Under the pieces are notes generated by a model that was given only the letters and a program-made list of their open reading frames with translations, was not told the DNA's origin and made no database searches. From Thecamonas trahens ATCC 50062 (lineage: Eukaryota > Protista > Apusomonadida), in the NCBI RefSeq assembly GCF_000142905.1, contig NW_013657670.1, positions 459,498 to 523,497 of the forward strand: a stretch of 64,000 bases of DNA. The letters are read 5' to 3'. Below are positions 10,670 to 21,154 of this stretch, in pieces (the first letter of the stretch is position 1; each line of letters opens with the position of its first letter). A program made the position numbers and the translations under genes.

Positions 10670-13600
10670 TCATCCCTTGGATGGGCTCTTCTTCGGGTGG
10701 TGCTTCCTGGCGATATGCGACGACGGCGGAACAATGCGCGGACGGTGCGGGGCGGAGGTTGTCACCGAAGACTCAATCTGCTTGAAAAGAGCAAGCTTGG
10801 CCTTGAACGAGAGTGCTGCCGGGTCGGCGACAGGCTCACTGCTGGAGCTTGTGGCCTCGTCAGACACGCTCTGTGGACCAGACACGGCCTCGGCAGATGG
10901 AGAATCAGCGACAGCTGCAAGCTCGTTCGAGGTCGGCGTCGTGAGCAACGAGTTGTCATGAGTACTGGTGTTCGCGACAGAGGAGGATGCGGCGTTCTTG
11001 ACGTCACCACCAGCATCCTCAACTTTGGGCACATCCTTAGTCTCTGTATCAACAGCAGCAGGTGCGGTGACGGCCTTAGCCTCGGCACTACTCGTTGCCT
11101 TGTCGGCGGCAGCAGCCAAGTCTGAAGCCATAGGCACAGCCTCGCTCTGCGCTTCGGCATCATCTGCAGTCTCAGCCTCGGCGACGTTCTTGGCCTTGTC
11201 GACAGAGGGGTCAGCTGCATCAACGTAAGCGTTGACGGGTGCATCGCTGCTTGCAGCTGGAGAGGCCTCGACTTCAACTCCGCCCTTGGCCTCATCACTA
11301 GGAGCGGCGACAGGAGCGGCGGTAGAGGCAGCCTCGGCCTCGGCGCCACTTTCTCCTCTGTCGCCGACAGCAGTCAAGTCGCAAGCCACAGACACAGCCT
11401 CGGCCTGCACCTGACCATCAGCAGCCTTGACATTGTTCTTGGCCTTGTCGGCAGAGGGGTCAGCTTCATCAACGTCATCGTTGACGACTGCATCGGTATT
11501 GGCCTCGGCAACGTTCTTGGCCTTGTCGACAGAAGGGTCAGCTGCATCAACGTCATCGTTGACGGGTGCATCGGTGCTTGCAGCTGGAGAGGCCTCGATT
11601 TCAACCTCGCCCTTGGCCTCATCGCCAAGGGCGAGGTTGAAGGGAGCGGCGGCAGGGGCAGCCTCGGCCTCAGCACTACTCGTTGCCTTGGCGGCGGCAG
11701 CAGCCAAGTCTGAATCCATAGGCACAGCCTCGCTCTGCGCTTCGGCATCATCTGCAGTCTCAGCCTCGGCAACGTTCTTGGCCTTATCGGCAGAGGGGTC
11801 AGCTTCATCAACGTCATCGTTGACGACTGCATCGGTATTGGCCTCGGCAACGTTCTTGGCCTTGTCGACAGAGGGGTCAGCTTCATCAACGTCATCGTTG
11901 ACGACTGCATCGGTGTTGGCCTCGGCAACGTTCTTGGCCTTGTCGACAGAGGGGTCAGCTTCATCAACGTCATCGTTGACGACTGCATCGGTATTGGCCT
12001 CGGCAACGTTCTTGGCCTTGTCGACAGAAGGGTCAGCTGCATCAACGTCATCGTTGACGGGTGAATCGGTGCTTGCAGCTGGAGAGGCCTCGATTTCAAC
12101 CTCGCCCTTGGCCTCATCGCCAAGGGCGAGGTTGAAGGAAGCGGCGGCAGGGGCAGCCTCGGCCTCACCACTACTCGTTGCCTTGGCGGCGGCAGCAGCC
12201 AAGTCTGAATCCATAGGCACAGCCTCGCTCTGCGCTTCGGCATCATCTGCAGTCTCAGCCTCGGCAACGTTCTTGGCCTTATCGGCAGAGGGGTCAGCTT
12301 CATCAACGTCATCGTTGACGACTGCATCGGTATTGGCCTCGGCAACGTTCTTGGCCTTGTCGACAGAGGGTCAGCTTCATCAACGTCATCGTTGACGACT
12401 GCATCGGTATTGGCCTCGGCAACGTTCTTGGCCTTGTCGACAGAAGGGTCAGCTGCATCAACGTCATCGTTGACGACTGCATCGGTATTGGCCTCGGCAA
12501 CGTTCTTGGCCTTGTCGACAGAGGGGTCAGCTTCATCAACGTCATCGTTGACGACTGCATCGGTATTGGCCTCGGCAACGTTCTTGGCCTTGTCGACAGA
12601 GGGGTCAGCTGCATCAACGTCATCGTTGACGGGTGCATCGCTGCTTGCAGCTGGAGAGGCCTCGACTTCAACCCCGCCCTTGGCCTCATCACTAGGAGCG
12701 GCGACAGGAGCGGCGGCAGAGGCAGCCTCGGCCTCGGCGCCACTTTCTCCTCTGTCGCCGACAGCAATCAAGTCGCAAGCCACAGACACAGCCTCGGCCT
12801 GCACCTGACCATCAGCAGCCTTGACATTGTTCTCGGTCATGTCGACACTGGTCTCGGCATCAGGAGTAGCCACAGCCTCGACTAGAACCTCGACATCATC
12901 CCCGGTACTGTCGACAGCCTGCAAAATCTTGTCCTGCAACTGACGGATGCAGGCACCCACCTCGTCGGCGTCGCCTTGCGTCGGGGGATGCTCGCGCAGC
13001 TGCTGAAGCAGCGTAGAGAGCCGCTTGAGCGACGCCGTCGAGTCCTTTCGCGCGACAATACCCTTGCTGCTCATGGCTTCGTCGATGACAGCCTGAGCCT
13101 GGGCGTCGGCATCGACGTTCGACTCCGTCGCCGCCTGCAGGAGCGAGACGAACGACGACGCCGGCCCGGTCGGCTCCAGCAGCTGGTCGAGTGAGACAGA
13201 GGTCCCAGCCTCCACAATGGCCGCCTCCAGCGCCTGCAGCAGCTCTGCATCCGCTGATTTGGTAGCGCTCTCACCGGGCGCCTGCTCATCGCGCAATAGC
13301 TCCTCGAACGACATTTCGAGGATTGCCTGCGCATCTGGCGAGCTGGCCACCGCAGGCTCGGCGTGTGTCGCGCCCGGCGCTGCCGCGCCACCATCGTTGC
13401 CTGCATGCGCGTAGAAGAGAAACGGCGAGCCCGGAATGTGCTCGCCATCGAGCGTCACACCGAGCGAGTAGTCACCGCCGCCGCCAACCATAAACTTGAC
13501 CACGTAGCTGCCATCCTCGTAATCGATGACCTTGCCCGTAAGCGGCGGTGGGCCGGAAATGTCGACCTCGAAGACCAGCCCGCCCTGGGTCACCCGGTTG

Positions 13601-15418
13601 TCAAACGCGTCGTACGCCACAACAACAAGCTTGGACAGCTCACCGCCACGGACAGAGGCCAGCACTCCAGGATTTCCCAGCCGGCACATCGACGCCGAGA
13701 CCGGCGCAGCCTCCACACGCACCATCGACGGCGAGCCTGTGACATGCGTCCCGTGCGACGTGACCGAGAGCTCGTACATGCCGGTCACCGACGCTGTGTA
13801 GCTGCCTTCGTACACTCCAGCCGTCTCCGTCACCGAGCCCATCAGACTCACCTGATCATGCCCATTTGTCGGCGGCGAGAGCTGCGCGCGCGGCCCGTCC
13901 AGGTCTCCCACGCGCGTCAGTCGCAGCTCAAAGTGCTGTCCATGCGCTGTAACCGTTTGCCCAAAATCGTTGCGTGCAACAATGATGACTCGCGCAGGAA
14001 TGCCGGCCACGGCGGCAGTCGTGCCGAGCCCTCGGATGGAGCACAGCCCCACGTTGAGGTCAGGCGCATTCGTCCGCAGGTACCGCAGGATGTGAACCTT
14101 GCCACGCATTACCACCTCCTGCGGTGGCTCCACAATCGCGTTTGACTCGAGCTCCAGGTCGTCCAGCTGCAGAAGCCAAGCTCATACGGTAGCGTGCTCA
14201 GCTCATTGAACGCCAGATTGAGCGTTCGCAGCGCCGTCAGTTGCCCGACCGAAGACGGTAGGCTCGTCAGCCGGTTGCGGAATGCAGAGAGGACGACTAG
14301 CCCCGTCAGCTTGCCCACTGCGTCTGGCAGCGCCGTCAACCGGTTGTTCGACACGTCGAGTGAGGTCAGCCGCGGCCAAGGGTAAGCCTCAGCCTCGCCG
14401 AATCCGCCGTCGGCAGCCTCCAGTCGACAGAGCGAGTTGGAGCCGAGATTGAGCTCGGTGAGCGCTGGCAGCTGATAGAGACACGTCGGCACTTCCACCA
14501 GCGAGTTGCGGAGCAGATTGAGGCTCTGTAGACCGGTGCACTTGCTCAACTGAGGCGGTAGCTTGCGGATCTGGTTGCGGTAGACGTTGAGGCTCTGCAG
14601 CGCAGTGAGCTTGCCAATCTCCGGCGGCAGCTCTTTCAACTGATTCGTCGAAAGGTCGAGCTCGAGCAGCCACTTGAAGGTCAGCACTGACTTGGGCACA
14701 ACCCGGAGCTTGCACGACACCAGCTTGCACAGCGGCGACTTGGTCTTGTGCACCGTCGACATAACCGCATCGACCTTGGGCTCACCGGTAAACATCATTT
14801 TGGACGTCGTCGATGTCTGCCGCTCTCGCTGCACCGTCTTGCCGCGCAGCCGCAGGTTCGAGATCAGTCGCTCCTCTTCGGCGATGGAGACAACGTCGCC
14901 CAGATCTTTGGCCCACCCGTCCTTGCTCTCAGCATCCTCTGCCGCGAGTAGATAGCACATGTGATTACCATGTATCGGCTTGCCAGTCGCCGAGTACAGC
15001 TCAAAGGCATGCTCCCGCGGATCATCCACCTCGGCCCGAAAGCCCACATTCTTCAGCGGCAACGTGGCAATGGCCTCTGCCAGGTGCTTCTCCTTGTTCG
15101 ACTTGTAGTACGTCAGACTGCCCATCCTCAACACGAACCACCTCCTCTTCCATGTCTTCACCCTCCCCCCTACGTCCCCACACCCCATGCCCCACCAGCC
15201 ATGCCCACCACCACCACCCACAGTTGCTTCATGAGTTGCGCCCGTCCCAAGCTACGTGCCAAACTGAGCCACCGACCACAAGTCCACCGACCACCGACCA
15301 CCGACAAGAGCCTTCCCGCACCTCCACAAACCCCACCTTTGACCATGCGGCACATCACAACATGCATACCCTGCTTGGTCAGCCAGCCCTCACGGATGAC
15401 TGGGCTCTTGCTCGCCAT
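10670..15418 (-). CDS. PH-LRR-filamin repeat protein with long acidic tandem-repeat tail; exon 15418-15370, intron 15369-15170; frameshifts at ~14173 and ~12369
   Basis: Splicing gives [23 protein letters not shown] (PH). About 7 LRRs (LDLSTNQLKELPPEIGKLTAL) are capped by 'N.IVEPPQEVV..G...ILRYLR'. Two filamin Ig repeats follow (G.GL..A.AG.P..., DGSY.V.F...G.YSLGV.L.GEHIPGSPF), then the 26-aa repeats. Confidence 0.8.
11090..12835. repeat. Coding tandem repeat: 78-bp unit (AKNVAEANTDAVVNDDVDEADPSVDK) nested within larger duplicated blocks
   Basis: Near-identical 78-bp units (e.g. starting at 11851 and 11929), plus longer repeated blocks (SEAVPMDSDLAAAAAKATSS..., NNVKAADGQVQAEAVSVACDL...). Confidence 0.92.
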
Positions 15419-15899
15419 GGCTCGGCTACCTGCCGAACTAGCCCGGGAACAGCTCGTCAGAGCGACACGTGGTGTTACGCCAGAACTGGCTCACCTCGCC
15501 CCTCACCCCGCCCTACCTTTCGGCCACCCACATCGAGGCTACTGCCAATCGCAAGCTGCAAGCCTCTCCACCACATCATAAGCCCCACCGAGTCACTGAT
15601 CACGCCCCGTTTTACCACAACTAACTCGAAGATCCGTCTGCCTCGTACCCTTGAACTCATCAGCTCCAGCAGCTTAGGGTGCGATGCAGAGCGATGTAGA
15701 GCGATACAGAGCTCGCGCCTCCACAAACACCTCGCCTTATACACCTCCTACCACTCATCTTCCTCAGCATCTCACACGGATGCGCAACCCATCATCGATT
15801 CCCCCCTTTCCAGCCTGTTCTTGTTGCGCTTGGCTCGACCGGTGGTGAGGCGGTCGGGCGTGTGGCGGCGACACCACTCGACTTGGCCGCCACCCCGCT

Positions 15900-18800
15900 A
15901 TGTCCACAGCATTTCCTCTGGCACCAGGCATGGCCTTGAGGCCACATCAAAGGCAGGGTGTGGTATGGATGGAGGCTTTGGCAAGCGCTGGCTCGGGCGG
16001 TCTACTCGCGGACGATATGGGACTGGGGAAGACTCTGCAGGCGTTGGCGACGGGCGTGGCGAGAGTCCAGCAGAGCGGTGTCAGAGGCCACATCTTGGTC
16101 GTAGCGCCGCTCTCCACCCTCAACAACTGGGCTACAGAGGCCGCGCGGTTCTTCCCGACCTTGCCAGTTGTCGTCTTTCACGGTTCGCGCGAGTCTCGAG
16201 ACGAGATGCTGGCGACGGAGCTACCGGCTGCCGGTTTGGTCGTCACCTCGTACGAGATGATCCTCGGCGACGGCCGCCGACTGGCTGCTGCCATGGACAC
16301 TGTCATTGCCTTTTTCGACGAAGGCCATCGGCTCAAGTCGCCGACCTCGCGTGTCGCTGCTCTGTACAACGCAGTCTTTCGGTCGTCGTCGCTAATCCCG
16401 TCGTTCATCCTCACCGGTACTCCGCTCCAGAACAACATGGCTGAGCTGTACGTGCTCTTGCACTTTGTGGCCCCATCGCAGTTTCCGCTCACCAACGTAC
16501 CGTCGGCAAAGCGGACGTCAGACGATAGCTTTGCCGCCCCGGCAGCTCTCGATGACCAGACGCAACCCGTGGCGTCGATGCCTGAGCTCGATGCCTTTGC
16601 CTCACTCACCGCTGCCGAGGCCCAGGCTGCCATTGCACCGGTTCTTCTGCGGCGAGTCCGGAGCCAGGTGCTGAGCGAACTTCCTCCAAAGACCGAGTAT
16701 GTCCTCCACACCGTGCTGACTGACATGCAGGCGCGTTACTACCGTGCCATCCTTGCCAAGGATGCGTCTTCGCTGGTCGCCTCGCTCAACCCGTCACGGA
16801 CAAACGCTGTCCGCGCATCGCTCTCATCCAATGTAGTGATGCAGCTCCGCAAGGCGTGCAACCACCCTTATCTGTTTGAGGGCGCTGAGCCTGAGCCGTT
16901 CGAGGAGGGTGAACATCTTGTGGAGAACGCAGCCAAGTTGACGCTCCTTGACAAGCTGCTCCAGGCGCTCAAGCCGCGCGGCCATCGGGTGCTAGTTTTC
17001 TCGCAGTCGGCGCGTGTTCTCGACATCTTGCAGGACTACCTCAACATGCGCAAATTCTCGTACGAGCGGCTCGATGGCTCGGTCCGAGCCGAGGAGCGGT
17101 ACCAGGCGCTGCGGGCGTTTTGCTCCGACACTTCGAACACCTTTGTTTTTCTTCTCTCTACTCGCGCTGGCGGTGTCGGCCTCAATCTCACGCAGGCCGA
17201 CACTGTTATCTTCTACGACTCGGATTGGAACCCACACATGGATCTCCAGGCCATCGCCCGGGTCCATCGCATGGGCCAGACCGCACAGGTCCGAGTCTTC
17301 CGTCTTGTCGTCCGTGACACCATCGACGAGGTCATGGTGGCACGCGCAACACGCAAGCTCGCGCTCGCCGAGGCTGTCATCGGCGAGACCGGCGCCGAGA
17401 ACCGGCCTCCCGCGACATCGCTGGCCCGGTTTGCTGCCCACGGAGCTGCCAAGGTCCTCGCTGCTGTCAAGGCCGACGATGAGCCCAGTACCATCGAATT
17501 GGCTGGCCTTGGTGAGCAGGAGCTCGCTGCCCTTCTTGATGCGGGACCTCAGGACGAGCTGCCGCCCGGTGCCGCCCGCATTGCCGACGCGGCCGGATCG
17601 TCCAGTGCTCCGGCCCCGTCGATGTACACCTTCGAAGGCGTCGACTACGCTGGAGTGTCGACGACATCGGCGACCGACCGCGACGCGCTGGCACAGCTGG
17701 TGGCCAACGAGGCCGCGGCCTCTGCTGGCTCCCGCCCGCGCAAGCGCACCTCTCACAAACGCAAGCGAACTCGCTCTGCACATGCTTCATGGGACTATGG
17801 CGACTCGGACGAGACTTACTCGGACGAAGAGGCCGAGGCCGTGGCTGCCGCAAGGGCTCGGGCCGTGGCCAAGCGCGAAGCCGCCGCAAAGCGCACCGCT
17901 GCGCGCTGGACCAAAATGCGCTATGCTTCGTTCAGCTTGCTTGAGCCAACCGAGCACTCTGGCCCGCTTGATACCACAAGCGACAGTGACGACGAGCTCG
18001 CCTCGCGTCCCGACCTCCACTTTGTTGTGGGCTCGGTCCTCGAGCCACAAGAGGTGGGCAATGGCGGCGCCGATGAGCCGGCCATTGTTGTTGCTTGCTG
18101 TGACAACTCGGGCAAGTGGCCGAGTCGTGGCCTGTTCTCGCTCTTTACCCGGCTTGCGCGTGCGCCGCAGAACATCTACTCCTGGGCTGCAAGCGCCAAA
18201 GATCTCCATCTTGGCGACACCTTGCTCGTGCCGCTCAACGAGGCGGCGTGGCGGGGCTCGGTTGCAACGGCCTCGGACCTATATCTGCAGTCACCTGTTG
18301 AGCTGCGACTGCCCGGGATGGTGGCACGAAGTGCGGCGCTGACGACAACGTTTGGCGCGCGGCCGGTCTGGGCCGCGCTGGTTGTCGGCATGCAAAGGCC
18401 GACGCCGTCGGCGTTGTCGCGGGCGCCAGTCCTTGTCATGTCCGCTCTCGAACAGGCGCTTGTCAAACTCGGCCGCGCTGCCTCGCTCCTCGGCGCCACC
18501 ATCCATACCCCGCGGGTTGGCGCCCGCCAGGCTGGCTTTAATTGGTACGGCACCGAGCGCCTGCTACGCAAGACGCTTGTCCGCGGTGCTGGTCGGCACG
18601 TCGTGGTCTACTACTACGCGCGGCGTCGCACCGCTGGCCGACAGCCGCAGCAAAGCCGAAAGGTGATTGCGCCGCAGGCGAGTCCCACTCCGCCGCCAAA
18701 GCTGGAGCAGCCAGGCCCATCGACCAACTATCTGCTTCCTGGCCTAACACGTGGCGATGTCGTCCATACCCGGTTTGCGACCATGTCCGGAACGATGCGG

Positions 18801-18998
18801 GCGTCGATCGTGGTGCCTCGCGGCGAGGGGAGTGTAGTTGGAAAAAGCCCCGCCACCCTTCCGCAACCGCGCCCAGGTGGTCGCCACGTGGTGTTGGTCC
18901 CGAACGCTGCAACCCCCACAGAAAGCGACGAAGCTGTGACCTTTGCAGCCTCCCTGGATCCACCCGGCGTGGTTGTCACCGAGGCTTGGCTGGCCTAG
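15900..18998 (+). CDS. CHD1L: CHD1L/ALC1 poly(ADP-ribose)-activated SNF2 chromatin remodeller (helicase plus macrodomain)
   Basis: LADDMGLGKT, DEGH, LTGTPLQNN, MQLRKACNHPYLFEGAEPEPFEEGEHL and STRAGGVGLNL helicase motifs. Macrodomain motifs DNSGKW..GLF, IHTPRVG..FNWYGTERLLRK and VVVYYY are characteristic of ALC1. Confidence 0.92.
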   Translation: MSTAFPLAPGMALRPHQRQGVVWMEALASAGSGGLLADDMGLGKTLQALATGVARVQQSGVRGHILVVAPLSTLNNWATEAARFFPTLPVVVFHGSRESRDEMLATELPAAGLVVTSYEMILGDGRRLAAAMDTVIAFFDEGHRLKSPTSRVAALYNAVFRSSSLIPSFILTGTPLQNNMAELYVLLHFVAPSQFPLTNVPSAKRTSDDSFAAPAALDDQTQPVASMPELDAFASLTAAEAQAAIAPVLLRRVRSQVLSELPPKTEYVLHTVLTDMQARYYRAILAKDASSLVASLNPSRTNAVRASLSSNVVMQLRKACNHPYLFEGAEPEPFEEGEHLVENAAKLTLLDKLLQALKPRGHRVLVFSQSARVLDILQDYLNMRKFSYERLDGSVRAEERYQALRAFCSDTSNTFVFLLSTRAGGVGLNLTQADTVIFYDSDWNPHMDLQAIARVHRMGQTAQVRVFRLVVRDTIDEVMVARATRKLALAEAVIGETGAENRPPATSLARFAAHGAAKVLAAVKADDEPSTIELAGLGEQELAALLDAGPQDELPPGAARIADAAGSSSAPAPSMYTFEGVDYAGVSTTSATDRDALAQLVANEAAASAGSRPRKRTSHKRKRTRSAHASWDYGDSDETYSDEEAEAVAAARARAVAKREAAAKRTAARWTKMRYASFSLLEPTEHSGPLDTTSDSDDELASRPDLHFVVGSVLEPQEVGNGGADEPAIVVACCDNSGKWPSRGLFSLFTRLARAPQNIYSWAASAKDLHLGDTLLVPLNEAAWRGSVATASDLYLQSPVELRLPGMVARSAALTTTFGARPVWAALVVGMQRPTPSALSRAPVLVMSALEQALVKLGRAASLLGATIHTPRVGARQAGFNWYGTERLLRKTLVRGAGRHVVVYYYARRRTAGRQPQQSRKVIAPQASPTPPPKLEQPGPSTNYLLPGLTRGDVVHTRFATMSGTMRASIVVPRGEGSVVGKSPATLPQPRPGGRHVVLVPNAATPTESDEAVTFAASLDPPGVVVTEAWLA

Positions 18999-19160
18999 CT
19001 GCGCGCTGCATCGGGTCTGTGACCATGTTGGCAGCTTTTGCCACCGCTGCCCAACAGCAACGAGAGTGGCGGAACGCTCGTTTTGTAGGAGGTTTTGCCC
19101 CGTCATCGTTGGCACTCACCATAGCTCTCTCACACAACCAAAGTGGACTCATAGGCAAAT

Positions 19161-20989
19161 ATGTACGCCTCAATCGAGGTGAGTGTGGTGGCGGTTGTGC
19201 TTCTGGGCGTTGTGAGCCTCGGCATGGGGGCTTCTGTCCGCGACCACTTTCCGAGGACCTCCGAGTTTGTGACGGCTGCCTGCAGTGGCTACAACGGGCG
19301 ACTCGCACTTGCGGACATGAACAACGACGGTGACGTTGACGTTCTTATGGGCTGTGGCGACTCGCTGACATGGATCGAGAACAGTGGCGATGACACGTTC
19401 TCGACCATCATCCGGACAATATCGATCGACCAAAACCCTGTTCCTGCTGCTGCCGACTACGACCGTGATGGGGACCAGGATGTGATTGTGGGCAAGACAG
19501 CCGGCTCAGACGACTTTCTTATTGTACGCAACGGCACGACGTCAACCGGAACTGCGTTTCCTTTTGCAGGATGGGTGCTCCCGGTTCCGGGACCGCAATC
19601 GCCGCACGTGTGGAAGCAGGTGGAGCCGGTAGACCTCAACAAGGATGGGTGGATGGACGTGGTGTATGCGTCGGACACGGTGATCGGTACCGGGATCAAC
19701 GGGGAGGGCTCAACTTTACTTCGTATCGGCTCTCGACGGGTGGCTTCATCGGCGGCTTTGCCACCGGCGAGCTCGTGGACACCACCATCTCTATCGCGGT
19801 GTGTAGGACAAGTGGCGTGTCGATCCTGGCCGGTGGCCTCGAACTCTCGGCGTCGGGTACAGAGTGTCGGACAATCGCGGCTGGCGACATGGACAACGAC
19901 GGCAAGACCGACCTTGTGTTTGTCAAGGAGGAGGTTGCGGGGGGCGTGTACGTTCTAGTCAACACTGGGCCGATCAGCTCATCTGCGACGTCAGCGTGGG
20001 GCGACGGCACGTTTATTCGCAGCCTGGAGCACGCCATGTCGCTTGGCATTGCTGACTTGAACGAGGACTCGATCCTCGACATTGCTGTCACTACCTTTAG
20101 CTTTACCCTTGTCGACAACAACTACCCGGCCAACTTTACGAAGGACGCCATCGATACCGTTCAGGCGAGCTCGGTCTGGATCATCGAGGGCACTGGCAGT
20201 GCTGCGTCGTTTTTGACACCTGTCGAACTCAACCAGCGGGCGTATGGGCCAGCGCTTGTGGGCGATGTGACTGGCGACGGCCTCGCGGACATCCTCATTC
20301 CGTCGCTCCGCGCTCTCTCGACGGTGTATGTGCTGCCTCAGGCGCAGCTGGTCAAGTCAGCCTGTGCCGGCAAGATCACGCTCTTCAACATCACGGCGTC
20401 GGAGGGCGTGTTCAAGTTTGAGCATGGCAAGGTGGGAACAGCCACCGAGTCGGCATCGGACGAGGATTGTGTCTTTAAGATTGAGGCTGTCTCCGACGTT
20501 GTACTCTCGGTCCGTGCCGCCATCCAGCGGTCGACCAAGTCGTCGGCGTACGGCGTGCTGCAGCTGTTTGATCGCCCGGATGGTCGCGGCGAGGCCGATG
20601 TGAGTATCACGGCGAGCTCTGGCCAGGCCCCGGCATTTATTCCGACCACGTCGATCATGTCGCTCCGCTGGGTCGCTCCCAACTCGGAGGGTGCGGCGTT
20701 TACTGTCGAGGTTACGGCGTCGCCGCGCCAGCCATCGACGAACCCACAGGGTATCAACACGTCTCCTTCCGACTCGTCCAGCTCCAGCCTTGTGCTCGGC
20801 ATGGGAATCGCTGTTGGCGTCCTGGCGTGCATCGCGTGTATCGCCGGAGTCTTGGTCGCCTGGAAGAGCTCGGACGATGACAAGTCATTCGGTGAGTTCA
20901 TTTCCTCGTGTTGTCCATGCTGCAGCGGTGGCAGTGACTGGAGCAGCGACGGCGGCGAGCGGCGCGGTACCGATCTTGCCATGATTTAG
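19161..20989 (+). CDS. Single-pass membrane protein with FG-GAP/VCBS calcium-binding repeats and a CUB-like domain (frameshift ~19707)
   Basis: Signal peptide. Six DxN/DxDGxxD motifs (DMNNDGDVD, DYDRDGDQD, DLNKDGWMD, DMDNDGKTD, DLNEDSILD, DVTGDGLAD). CAG...G....DCVFKI resembles CUB. TM segment LVLGMGIAVGVLACIACIAGVLVAW. Confidence 0.75.
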
Positions 20990-21154
20990 ATCGGCGCCGA
21001 ACGTTTCTACACCTATCGCGGAGGAGAGACGAGAGTAAAGTGCATCCTGCCACCCTACCAAGGCGCGTGACAGTCTGCCTGTTCGACTATCCGGCGAGTG
21101 GAGGCGGCACCAAAGCGCCACACTTGTCGCCACCGTCCCCCAAACTGCCATCAC

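Noticed and set aside
14190-14700. Roco/LRRK-type or SHOC2 protein
   Set aside because: The LRR cap resembles the pre-Roc motif, but filamin repeats follow rather than a Roc GTPase, and the LRR array is short.
19161-20989. Integrin alpha subunit
   Set aside because: Too short, with no thigh or calf domains evident and no KxGFFxR cytoplasmic motif.
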